From assembly GCA_028534125.1 (NCBI GenBank), contig CM052817.1, positions 30,754,001-30,818,000 of the forward strand: a DNA stretch of 64,000 nt. The letters run 5' to 3'. Below the pieces are notes generated by a model. The model saw nothing but the letters and a program-made list of their open reading frames with translations. It was not told the DNA's origin and made no database searches. Position numbers and translations under genes: made by a program. Shown in pieces: positions 26,901 to 40,314 of this stretch. The DNA is from Lama glama (lineage: Eukaryota). Each line of letters opens with the position of its first letter. The stretch's first letter is position 1.

Positions 26901-29900
26901 GCAAACAACAAAAAAAGATGGTACAGAAAACAGAAGATGGAACAAGAGGAGAGTGAACATGATAAAGCTGACATCTGGGCATTTTATTTGCTACCTATTC
27001 TATTTTGAGAGTTTCTCAGGGACTCCCCAGAGTTTGTTATCACAGTCTCTTTAGGATGATAATTGGATGGAAATCCATCTTTCTGTTAGGAGGTCTGAAC
27101 ATAATAAGGTTTCTGAGAGTGTCCTAAGGGTTCCTTCCTGGGAAAGTAAGTTAAAGCAATAAGAGATATCAGAAATCCTTGATTCTTGAGAGAGAGCTAT
27201 TACTATAGCCCATAACAATCCCTCTTATTCCACCCTATTAGTTTTAAGTTAAGAGTTCCTAAGATCTCATTCTCCACCAACAAAAACAGTGCGAAACCTA
27301 GAATGTTTGCTATTGATTGCTTCCTTTTAAGGTCTATGCACTTTATGAGATCACAAACCACAAGAGAAAAGTGCCTTCCTGGGCTAGAAAATGAGCACAG
27401 ATTTTTTTTTTTAAAATTGCTTCTAAGTAGTGTGTGTTTTGATAGAATCTTGGTTTAATTCTGATTCTCATATTCTTTCCCAGTTTAGCTTGCTTCATAG
27501 CTTGGCTTTTTTGAATTGCCATGCATACCACATGTTGATTACCATTCTGGTCATTTATTCATAGTCCAACTCAGGAATGTCAGCCAAAACCACCACATTC
27601 TGGATGTTGCACTAGATCCTCCATGCGTCTGATTTTATTTCTGCTCTTATTCAGATAGTGGGGAAAATGGAAACAGAAATTTTCTATGAATTTCTGGAAC
27701 TCAGGAACTTTGAAAAAACTTAATGTGTCATAGATAATTAATTATGTGATTTTAAATGTGAGCAGTTTATGAATCATTCTCATGATGAATTAATTATCAA
27801 GCTAATATTTTATTGATAATTTTGAATATTGACTAACTTGGAAATGATCTCTTAAGTTTCTCTGAATAGAGATCTCGTTTTAAAGCTTTAACATAAATAG
27901 GCTTGTACTTCCAAAATGACAAGTTATTATGGGAACTGTCAATGAAATTTCATTTGATATAATTCAAAACATGTCTATTAATACTTTGTAGAAATTAACT
28001 ATTAATCCATTCTTAAAGAGTACGTTTTTTTTGAACTCCATATGCTTTTCTTATCTCCCAGAAACATCAATTTTCTGTATTAGTGGAAATTATAGACTCA
28101 TTAATCTTAAGTGATTAAAGAATGGAAATTCTGGATATTAATTATTTTGCTAACTGAAAGTCCCGATGTAAGTTATCTAAGGATAACCAATCGTTCAAAA
28201 TGCAAGATGAGCTTGCACCAACATACTTAGTGTTTATCGAGTGCCCCAAACACATAGAACTACTTAATTCACATTCAGCTAACATATCTGAGCACCTGCT
28301 GTCACTGGTGCACTAAAAATATAAATCTTTGCCCTTGGAAAGGTCGAAATCTAGTGGGACTAGGAAATTATTACAAAATAAGTGCTACAATTAAAGCAGA
28401 AGTGTGTTCTGAGAGCCCGAAGGAGTGACTAATCTCAGAATCCGATTTCCCAGAGTGCTATTCTCTCACCGTCCACTGCCTCCATGGTGAGCTCACCCAT
28501 TCCCACGCCCGCATCCATGACTCATGCCTCACAGAGCTTGTTTCTCCCTGAGCCCCATCCTCCCATGTCCTGGCCCATACCTACTTACTTGGCACCTCTA
28601 CGTGCAAGTGCCACACCCACAACACAAAGCAGCCCATAATAAATTAGTCGTCCTCAGGCTCAAGTCTTCAATTCGTACTATTGTTTTCCATCTACTCACT
28701 TAGGCTGGAAACCCTGGAGTCACCCTTGATGCTCCCTTCTCTCTAGCCTCCCATTTCAAAAGGTCACCAAATTCTGCCTTAATGATTACTATTTCCTCTC
28801 CTCCACCTCCCCTTCGGTGCTGTGTTAACTCTGACTTATCTAACTATTCTTTAGGTGAATGCCAGAGCTTGTTAAACTGATAAACTCCTACTCAATAATC
28901 GTGTCTCCTCTAGTAGGCAGCTGCAAAGAAGAAAAGTACCCCAAGTTCTCTGAGTATTTGAGGGAGAAATTTGTGTATTTCATACAGGGAGCTGGTTACA
29001 AAGGTAACAGAAGGACTGAGAAGCCCGCAGAGGACAGTGGGACAGCTTGGAAATAAACAATGCTCAGTCTCACCTCCTGGCCCATGAGTTCCTTGAGGCA
29101 GGGAGGAAAAATACATTACTTGATGTTTTCTCCTCAGCATCTGGCATAATGCAATTCTTTAAATCTAGTAAACAATCATTAAATGTTGGCAGAATGAATT
29201 AGTCATTCTAATACCCAAAGATCTTTTGACTTGGAGATTTCTAGAAAGCTTTTCCTGTTTCAGGCCTAACCTTTCAATATATCTTACCATGGCCACAACT
29301 TGAATTGTTTGAGCTTCTGATTATTTAGATTCTGAAATGTACAGCCTTTAATCAGTCATTGTATGAAACGCGAATTTTATCACGTCCATTTTAAGGAATT
29401 GGATTCATTGTATGGGAAAACATTTAAAGAAAAGGAATCTTTACAGCTTCTAAAGTAGATACTAGATTACAAGTGCTGAAATTCTTAGATGGGTACAGTC
29501 TGTTTTATATAGTGAGAGTCTCCTGCTGTTCACTGCATTGGCACACAAGTTCACACTCCAGTTGTCATGTCAGTGTCATATGTGCCCATGTGATTTCCTT
29601 AGATGACTCTCACTGATAGGAACCCATAACTCTCAATGTTTTGGTTCACCCACAAGATTGGTTCATTCCAAAATTGTTCAGAGCACAACACAAGATTGAC
29701 AAAAAGTCTGAACTATACAGATCGATAAACCAAATGGGGCTATTTAGGATGAGACAAAGGTAAAAAAAGATTATGTTCTCTGAGGCATAGCATAGGCTAC
29801 CGTTGGTGAAAGAAAATCAATAATAAACAAGAACACGGGCTTTGGGAAAATGAGAATGCATGTATTTTAAAGATATTGTAACAAAACATGGCTAAGGACT

Positions 29901-31763
29901 AAGCACAATATATATGTGTATTGATAGTTAACATGATAGCAGATGATGTTAAGATAAAAGATTCTGGAGATACAATGATGAATTTCTGCTGCAGAATCCA
30001 CTTAATGGTGACACTGATACATAAAACACATTTAAACAGGAGGTTCCATTAGAAACAGATGTTGTGTGGTTCATCTCAATTACAACCTAAATTGGTTTAT
30101 TTATCAGGCGATTTTTCAGTAAACTTTGTTTTCATGAGATGCAGGTTGTGTGGGGCTCCTTGTTTTGTTTTGCTTTGTTCTCCTATCCTTGTAAGATGCT
30201 TGTTGCCAGCATCTACATTTAGTCTCATGTTACTTTATTGATAATTGTCATTGTGTTTGATAGAGAATTGTCTCCATAGAAGTAAATATGTTCCCCTTCT
30301 CTCTCCTTGCTCTCTTAGTTAATAAATAAAATCAAATGTGCCTCCCTCTTTTTTTCCCAGTTACTTAACATCTCTGAGTCTTAGATTTCTCATAATACCT
30401 CCCATTTTTGAAATCAGGGCCAGATGATTGTTTGAGGTTTTTGTGGGTTTTTAAGATGTGTATAGTTATTGTTTAATGAGATTCTGAAATGGATGTTGAT
30501 CAGCATAAATATTATGACTTTTTTGGTTGGAGGAAATAAAGATGGAACCAACTTAGCACAAGGACAGTGGGGCTTGTTGTAATAATACAAAGAGGGCTCA
30601 TAGGAGGTTGAAGTACTGAACATGGTCAGGCCTCACAAGAACTAGAAAGAGGAAGCAGAAAGTCTATGTGAACTTGGTCATTCAGTCTCTCTAACAATGT
30701 CAGACTCTCCCCCTTATGGCTATTTTCTGCATCTTTCTCCACTTTCTTTCTTCCTTTGCAGGCTGGCTTCCTCTTTCTATTCATAGTCTCTCCTCTCTTA
30801 TAACCTCATAATAGCAGTGCAGTGCTAGTTCTGTCATGACCTTTGCACTTGGTCCTACATCTGCTGTCTCAGATCCTTTATCCAACAGCAAATTTCTGGG
30901 AGAGGACTGTGATTGGCCTGTCTTTTTTTTTTTTTTTTGACCCAGGCACAGGTTTATCACCTGCCTATGGATCAGCTGGTCTTAAATTAGACATTTACTC
31001 TCCATTCTGAAGGGGGAGGAGGGCAGAATTCTATGATATAGAACATGGTCATGGTCAGTCAGCAGGGACTGTAGGCAGGGCAGTTTCCATCACAGAATGT
31101 TCTGTAGAAGTGAGGCACAGCTCTACTACAGTCAGCCTTTGGGGAAAGCAGCCTCAGCCTTGGAAAGAGGAGATCTGAGTTCAACTGAACTGGCATAAAT
31201 ATTTCACAAGGAACAGGAATTTGTGCTTGGGACCCCTTATGATGTGTACAATCAAATCAATGAAAGATAAAATACAAGTGTGTGCAAGGGCCTTGGTTCT
31301 TTCAAACATGTATACATATTTCTTGAAAGCAGTTTGAAAAGGAAGGACTGCTCATATGATCCTTCTGAGTAGACACAATATTAGTAGATGTTAAAGCAGT
31401 ATTTTGTCTCTTCACTATCAAATTAGTTTCAGACACGTGCTGATTGTGGAGGCAACTAATAAGAGATTTTCACTTTTCCAGCCCACTGTGAAGTCTTCTT
31501 AGAGTGCATTCTGGTAAGATGCATACCTCAGTAAATTTGCCTAAACCGTATAATTTTTTCCCTATTTTGATGTTAGATAGTTAATGGATTTGCATCAAAT
31601 GCTTTCCTTACATTAAAGTGGCAAATTATAAATCATTTAAGGCTAACATTCCTTACACAAAGTTTTGAGGGATATGTTGAAAGCTCAAATTGACATGTTA
31701 ATGATGATAAGGAATTTTGAAATATTTTACTAATCTTGAAAAGAAAGATATTTTCATGTAAGG

Positions 31764-32513
31764 CAGAGTTTCTTAACCTTGACACTATGGACATTTGGAG
31801 CCAGATGATTCTTTGTTGTGGAGGGCTGTGCTGTGCAGTCCGTAAGGCTGGGGAGCATCCCTAGCCTTTACCCTTAGATGCTCGTGTTACCTAGTTCAAG
31901 CTGGTGCTGCTCACCACACAACAGGCCAATACATCACGAGACAAGGTGTTGGGGCAAGGAATAGTGATTTTATTCAAAAAGCCTACAGACAGAGAAGATA
32001 GCAGACTAGCATCCCAAAGAACCTTCTTCTCTGAGTTAGAATTCAGGCTTCTTTTATACTTAAAGGGAATATGGCTGGTTGTTGAAGACTTCTTGGTACT
32101 GGAATCCTTTGTTCTTGCAGCTGTCCATAGAGGGCCGGGCACAATGTTCCCGTAAAACTCCAATAAGACAATTGTTATTTTCTGTCCTGCAACTTTTTAT
32201 CTCTATATGAATGAAAGAGTGTTAAATCTTTAAAGATCAAGCCCTGGAGGCAGAGTATTGTGGCAGGACCATTATTTGTATTTCAGGCCATAGGCAACAT
32301 TCTCTTACAAAGGTGCGGAGACAGCGTGACTAAGCGCAGGCCAAGGGCACGAAGGTTAAAGCTGAAAGAATAGTTCCAATATGGAGTCAGGTCTGTTCTT
32401 CTCTGCTATACTAGCAGCACTCACATTACTCCCAGCTGTGACAACCAAAACTGTCTCCAGACATAGCTAAATGTCCTTTAGGGGGCAAAATCGCCCTGAG
32501 TTTCAAAGTACTG
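31764..32513 (+). mobile_element. MER20 (hAT), split by an LTR insertion
   Basis: 5' half cagagtttcttaaccttgacactatggacatttgg... (31764-31884); 3' half ...gtgacaaccaaaactgtctccagacat...gggggcaaaatcgccc...actg (32411-32513). Confidence 0.9.
31885..32410 (-). mobile_element. ERV1-like solo LTR (~526 bp) nested in MER20
   Basis: Starts tgttac, ends tgctata; 4-bp TSD ctcg/ctag; minus-strand TATAAA (32053-32058) followed by AATAAA (31969-31974). Confidence 0.85.
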
Positions 32514-32534
32514 ATCTAAAAAAAAATGTTGCCT

Positions 32535-33030
32535 CTTTCTGACTGGCTTATTTCACTAAGCATAGTACCCTCCAGGTCCACCCATGTTACAAATGGCAAT
32601 ACCACACCTTTATCCATTCATCTGTTGATGGACACTTAGGTTCCTTCCGTATCTTAGAAAGACAAATACTATATGCTATCACTTATATGTGGAATCTAAA
32701 AAATAAAATAAATGAATGAATATTACAAAACAGAAACAGACTCAAGGATGTAGAGAACAGACTAGTGATTACCAGGGGAGAGAAGGAAGGAAGGGGAGAG
32801 GGGCAAGATACAGGAAGAGGATTAAGAGGTACAAACTACTATGTGTAAAATAAAAATGCTACAAGGACATATTGTACAGCACAGGGAACATAGCCAATAT
32901 TTTATAATAACTTTAAATGGAATATTATCTATAAAAATTTTGAATAACTACATTATACACCTAAAACTAATATAATATTATATATCACTTATATTTCAAT
33001 AAAATAAATAAGTAAATAAATAAACAAATA
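32535..33030 (+). mobile_element. 5'-inverted truncated L1
   Basis: Antisense L1 piece ~32535-32655 joined to a sense L1 3' UTR and A-rich tail ~32656-33030; degenerate TSD aaaatgttgcct / agactgttacct. Confidence 0.85.
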
Positions 33031-34258
33031 AAAGACTGTTACCTTTATTCTCCAAAAAAGTTACTTTCACTTATTAGAAATATTTTCATATTCCTTTCAA
33101 CGTTTTTAGATTTTTAAAAAGTGTGTTTTTTGGAGTTTAACTGAGCACCACTAATTTGGTATTGTCTACCCTGCTTTTCCTCAGTGAATCAGATTCTCTC
33201 ATGCCTGAATTAGCCTGACCAATTTCATTAGCAATCTCATACCAGTTAATCCCATTAATTTGCCTCACTGTCAAAGAGTCCCCTATGGCCCATAGCTTCT
33301 AAATATGTCACATTTTCTCAAAGGAGTAGCTTGCACACTTGAGAAAGCTGGTTGAACACTTACAATACACTTGGAAGAAAAATGAATTTAGCATTCTCTG
33401 CCAAAGTATCAATACCTTTAATTTCTTTCTGAAAACTTTCCATCCTCTTCGGAGTGCTCATACTTTGGACTAATGAAGTCTTAATAGAAAATCTGTTGCA
33501 TCAGAGAACAAAATACAACAATTTTAAGCCTTTCTTTTCCATCTAAAAATAGAATACACCAAAATAATATCATAGGCTTTATTATATGCAGATGTCACTA
33601 TTAATATTTACAATGGGGTGCAGATAGAAAAAATAATTTACTTAAAATTCAGTAAGTAGTTTCCCAGAGATGTAAACCTTAAATTCTCTCTGAAAGGGTT
33701 TGCCTATCTCACCAGGTTGTGAGAACATAGTGTAATAATAGATACAAGAGGCTGAGAAAACCACAGAGCAAAGCACGCTCTCTAGGAGGAGGAAGGAGAT
33801 TATTGTCATGCAGAAGGTAAGATATACATAGTGAGGAGATATTTCTCTCTTTTAAGTCTTTCCACATTGTTTCATTATTATCATCACAATTATCATTAGC
33901 TTCAAAAAGTGTTTTTTAAGTTATCAAGCTCACAGATCCATATTTCCATTTATCATGGAAGCAAGCCCTAGATTAAGATAACCCTGGAAATGCATAAGAA
34001 GGAACGTTCTGAAGGGTGCTTGGTCCACATTACCCACTTCCAAATGTGAGATACTAGCACACATACATTTTCACTGAATTACTTCTTATTACAAACAGGA
34101 TAAACTATTGCTTTAACTGAGAATCATGATGTGATTTTTAGTCAATACTTATTTAAAGCAGAGTGAGTGGTATAGAGCAAACATCTCACTATATGTGTAT
34201 AGTTCTCTCTTTACAGGAGACAAAACGGTTTCCAGAACGAGAAGGGGGAAAAGTCTAT

Positions 34259-34322
34259 ACACAGACACACAGACACAGACACAGACACAGACACAGACAC
34301 AGACACAGACACACACACACAC
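34259..34322. repeat. (ACAGAC)n hexamer plus (AC)n microsatellite
   Basis: acagacacagacacagac...acacacacac. Confidence 0.95.
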
Positions 34323-36538
34323 GTACAATCTATGCAGATTACTCATGTTTACATTCTTTTCTCCTTCCACTCTTCATTATTTACTTACCACAAACATATT
34401 TTAATTACAGCATTAATTATTACAACATTATTTGTCATTTTGATCATTTGTACTTTACAATCAGTTTTTTCCCATCACACATTAACACTTTCTTTATTGA
34501 GGACAATGTGTGGAATAAGGATATTGCCTCATGGTCTCATTGTGAGGAACTCCTCTGTGGCACTCATGAGAGCTGGAGGTTAATGAGTATTCAGCGTTGA
34601 GTACTAAAACACATATCCCATTGCTGATGGTGCTGATCCTCGTGGCAAAATTTGCAATAACGTATCTTTAGCCAGTTGTTCATTTTCTTACTTTGGCTGA
34701 ATTGCAGAAAAGATCACAGCAACAAGACTTACAGTTGCTCACAGACGATTGTTTATTTTCACGGTCAATAGGCTCCTTCAGCCAGCCTACTTCTTTTATA
34801 AACATCTTGTAACAAGTAGAAATGCTTATGAAAATGAATATATACACTCCAAGTAATTTGAAAGTGTGATATTAATCTTTAAATAGAAGAGAGCAATTTT
34901 GAAGATAATATATTTGTTTAGTATGTTACAGTTTCTAAAGTACCTGCACCATCATGTTCCCAAGTAATACTTGCAATAAGCCAGGAAAGTGCTATTATTT
35001 TTATTTTGAGAAATGAGACATCTGAGATAGGAGGGGTTAAGGTAGTTGCCCATGGTTACTGAGCTTTACATGTGGTAGGTTTTGTAATCAAGGTATTTTA
35101 GAATCTGTCCAATTCATTTTCCTCTGAAAAAGGTCTGATGCTAAGAGCTTGAAGAGGATGCAAATGAGAGGGGTACCAAGGGAGAAGAGAAGTGTATATA
35201 ACCCTGTGGGTTCTCTTAGCCTGTTAAATGAAGGTAAGGTAGAAGGAGGTTTCAGACCTTTAAAAGGGGTATGATATGATTAATAGCAAAAAGCAAATGT
35301 CCTTGTCATTAAACAAAAAGGATGGCTTCAAAGTATTGCAAGATTGTTTCTTATAAGCGTTCTCCAGCAAAGTGGTAAAAGGACATTGGAACTCATTATC
35401 TGGAACAAATGTTGTCTTATCCTTTAAGATATTCCAGAAATGTCTAAATATCCCTCTAGGGATCTAGATGAAGTGTGGTTTGCCCAGATGTAAGGCACTG
35501 TCTGAGTCAATGTTTCTCAAATAGTGGCCTATAAAACAGTGGAGTACAGAGTTGTGCAGGAATTATGTACATTTTTCTTAATTATTACTAAAGCATTCAG
35601 AGTCATTATTGACAGATAAATGTCCTTTAAAAGAAAAAGTGAACCTTCTGTTTTTATTATATTGGGATTCACATCTTAAGACTTTATGATCTTCCTGCTA
35701 CCTCTTATTCTTTTAATGGACAATTACACTGTGTATTAATAGAGTTCTTTGAAAACAGACAGCTAAAGCTCTAAGGTAATTACCCACATTCCTCTCCTGT
35801 AACCTTGGCGCCTTTATTGAGTCTGAATCTTTCTGTCACTGCCAAGGGAAACTTGGGCAGAAAGAAAAGTGCAAAGGTACATCCTTAGGGTGACCTTTTA
35901 CAGGAGGTGAGGAAACCAACTTAAGGACAACCCCAACTCTGAACCCAAGTCAATTCCTGAATCAAAGCAGGAATGAGATGAGAGGGGAATAGTTGACCGG
36001 TTCCACCAGTGACGGCAGTTCTCAGGCCAAATATCTCCATCCACATGTGCTGTATCAATTACTTTTCAGGACTGATAGACAAGTTGTAATTTGCTAGAAA
36101 GATCGAGATAATGGAAATTGAGGACCTTTATATTCATTCGAAAAACCTTTGCAGTTTGGAACACATCCTCTCCTTCTAAGTGCACCCATTTTTAGTTAGT
36201 ATTTAACAAACACCCCCCCCTTCAAAACAGTACTATAAATATGATATCCAGAGGTAGATTTCTGTAAACATGAATGTCTGGGTCAAACTTCCCTTTATGA
36301 CCTTCCCTATGATATCATTGCCTTAACTTCAAATCTTAAAATTCAAGTAAATAGATTCACTCTATATTGGCAAGAATGCCTCTGCGTGTGTTCAGTTATT
36401 ATTCTAGTACTTCTAACCTATTGGCTGTCCTATACTTGGGGGTGCAAATTTCAATATATGCAAATGGAACTTCTTAGGGAACCTGCAGAATGGTAGGTCT
36501 CTGGGCATCCACAGTACCACAGGCTAACACGTTCTTAA

Positions 36539-36837
<299 letters not shown>

Positions 36838-37279
36838 AGCTTTGTGTTGCATGTTTTATTGTTGTTGTTTGTGTTGTTGTTTAATTTTTTTTACTTTTGG
36901 AAATGAGCAGAGGGGAGAGAGGCAAGTAGGTGAATAGTCTCCTTAATCTGTATAAGAAAATTATATTAAAGATCAGAAAATCTTAGAACAATTTAAGCTA
37001 AATGTAGACAACTTTTTCCATCAAAGGTAAGTGAATTATTTGCCCTGACCTTCAAATAATAAACAGAGGAATAAGAATGTATATCTTTGTTAGATTTCAC
37101 ACTGAGCTCATTCTAGAAGTTAATACCTTTTTTTAGCCAATTGTTTGATTACCTCAGAGCCACTCAGACTCATTTATAATGTGTTCTAGGTATTCAGTGT
37201 AGCTACTTCATTATGAAGTGGAATCGGGAAACAATATTTTGGAGAAATAGGAAGATACTGTGGGGCATCTTTGAGAAGA

Positions 37280-37865
37280 TCCATAGTGATTTTATTCCTT
37301 TAAATTCTCTGTGTTTTCACTTTTACTTCTATGTATATGATCCACATTAAATTGATTTTTGTGTCTTTTATGAGTTAGGGGTTGAGGTTCAATTTTTTCC
37401 ATACTGCTATCTAGTTATTCTAGCACTATTTATTGAAAAGACTTTGCTTTTTCCCATCAGATTATGTTGGTACCTTTGACTAGGTAAGTAGGGATCTATT
37501 TCTAGGTTCCATTCTGTTCCACTGTTCTTTTTGTCCATCCTTAGACAGTATCACACTATTTCAATCACCATAGCTATATGGTAAGCCATGAAGTCACATA
37601 ATGCAAGTCCTTCAACTTCATATTTACTGCATAAGATTTCTTTTGAAATTCTAGGTCCTTTGACCCTCCCTATGACTTCTAGAATCAACTTGTTGATTTC
37701 TACCCCCCAAAAAAGCCTCCTGGAATTATAATTGCAATTGCATTGAATCTATATGCTGGTCTGGGGAGAAATGACATTTTAAAACTATCAAGTTTTCTAA
37801 TCCATGAATATAATGTATCTTTATTTAGGTTATCTTTAATTTCTATCAGCCATGTTTTGCATAAT
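37280..37865 (-). mobile_element. Old L1 ORF2 3' fragment, antisense
   Basis: ctagcactatttattgaaaagact...ctagaatcaacttgttgatttc...attgcattgaatctata...tctaatccatgaata. Confidence 0.8.
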
Positions 37866-40261
37866 AGTACATTTTGGTTTGTTTATTTTTGAAGAATCAA
37901 ATATAAAAGAAGTATTACATATTGACAGAGCTCTGTTATTAACCTTCATGCAGTTAAGGGTTTATTAAAACTTTTAGGCTACAATTTAAGTCATCTTACA
38001 GTTTTACCAAAGGAATATTTAAATTGTGACATGTTATTGTAGAACATGTAGAGTGGTGGTTCTTTAACCTTTGTTGTCACCTTTTGTGATCCCTTTGAGA
38101 AGCTGATGAAATTTTCCTATCATTTTAGAGTGTTCATTAGCCCCCTGAAATCCTTATATAGCATCAGTGCCAAGCTAAAACTGTAGTTAAGGGCCAAAAG
38201 TCTACAATTAATGTGCGTCTAATATCCAAAAACAATATACAAGTGAAGAGAATGTATCTATGATAAAACTTTTGAATGTAACCTAATGGTGGGTTACATA
38301 GTTGATAGCTTTGGTCTTCATTTGCACAGTAAAATAGCATCAGTTGATCTTGGCAAAATGATCTTTGGAATTTTCCCATTCTTTCAGTACCCTAGGAGTT
38401 TCAGCTCTAGCTAAAAATCTCTGACCTAAAATCCTCTCAGAAAACTGGTGAATAAACTAACAATTCCCTTGAGTGTGCTGATACCACAATAGACAAAAAT
38501 CTACCAATTCAAGAGCCATGGTGATCATTAGTGATGGTTCAGACACTGGAAATCAATTGTAATTTTTTAACTACCTATGTATCTTCTATTATATATAACT
38601 AAAGTATGAAGTGATGAAATCTCTTTCTAAAGTATGCTGGGAGAATAATACTATGACCCAACTTTGTAGATTGATCAACCACAACATGTATATTCACTGT
38701 AAGTGATTAATCAAGAGTGTATGAAAGGTTATTTTGTTTAAAAAAAAAAAAAGGAGTAGCTTTTTTGCAAGCAAAAATGTGGGTTGCACTCTCAGCTTAC
38801 AGAGTCTCAGTCCAGGCAGTTTCTAAATGATTGGCAGTCTCTACCAATGGTAGTGCTGCACAGGAAGAAACATATTTGAGAACCATAAAGTTGAACACAC
38901 TTCATTTTAAACTGAGAAAACTAAGGCACAAAGAGGGCAAGGGTCTGATCCAAGGGCACACAAGATAATGACAGAATTAGGACTAAAATCCAGGTATCCT
39001 GATGCCCATACCTGTGCTTTTCTCACCCCACTGTCTTTCAAATACTCTTAGAAGTCAGCACTTTCTTCCTAGTTGATAACATTGCTTTCACTCTTTGGAG
39101 CCAACCCAGGTCTTCGTAGCTAGGAGCCTTCCAACAGATCTCCCAAAGGAAAACACAAATCCTTCATCTGTTATCTGGACTCTGATCTCTTTCTAGCTGC
39201 AGCTTTCTCCATGAGAGCCTCACATTAGTTCTGGTATCTTTCCTCTCCTTCCCTGCCTTCCTCTCTATCTTGTCCCTCACAGCTTTAGTTTTCTTTTCCC
39301 TAGAGGTTATAAGTATCCTGGAGAAACCATAAAGTATCACAAAAAAGCATGACGTCTGAATTCAGAGCACCAAAATTGGGCTCAAACCACCACCATTTTC
39401 TGATTGCTTGACCTTGAACAAGTGATATAAATTTACTGAAGCTTACTTAGTTTTATCATCTGCAATAATGGGCTAATAACCCCTGATTCAGTATTGGGGA
39501 GTTCTTAAGAAATAATGAATATGTTAATACATGATAAATACTAAATTATATTTTTCTAAAGTTATTTGCCTGAGATAGCCTTATTAAGTATCAAAATAAC
39601 TGTGTGCTGAGGGTGGTTCTCTAACTCCCAGGGGTGTCCGTGACCAGAACAGAGACACTGCTGCCCAACTGAGAAAACATTCATTGAGTGCCTATTATGT
39701 ACAATACACCCTGGGAATAATTCTCCAGAAGTCTGATAGAAATTTGTCACGTGGCGAGTGGAAGCACCTGAGACTTTGAGTCAAAGAGACTTGTGGTCTG
39801 ATTAGGTTTTGCCCTTTCCTCTCTCTGGACTTCAGATTTCTCAATCTGAAAGAGAAAGGAGTTGGACAAAATCATCCCTAAATTCTCCTGCAAACCTAAA
39901 TTTTGCTGCTTCTACGATCCTATATTATGGCTTGTTCATTTTAGGTCCTCTGCGATAACATTTCCTAGGCTTAGAAAGGACAATCTGCACTTTTTTTGTA
40001 AATTGCCTTTTCCGGAGTAACTGCCATCTATTGCTTCCTAAGCACATGCACTAGAAAGTCCTTGTAGTATAACATAGATATTTACATATTTATGGCTGCA
40101 CTTACTGTAGAGAATGAAAGTTCTTCACTTATCCATAATTCCAGCTAATAGTCATCATGAAATGAGACCATGCATTAATGAATTGTTTTTAGCAATGATG
40201 GGATCAGTGGGATTTTCTGAATGCAATTGAAAGCATTTTTCCCCCCATGGATGCAGAAAAA

Positions 40262-40314
40262 ATTATTTTATTTTATTTTATTTTTATTGAAGTGTAGATG
40301 ATTTACAATGTTAG
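40262..40314 (-). mobile_element. Tiny L1 3' terminus
   Basis: (attttt)-like tail followed by attgaagtgtagatgatttacaatgttagt. Confidence 0.7.

Noticed and set aside
34163..34600. ORFs with HR, TQ or CV dipeptide repeats
   Set aside because: Translations of the (ACAGAC)n microsatellite.
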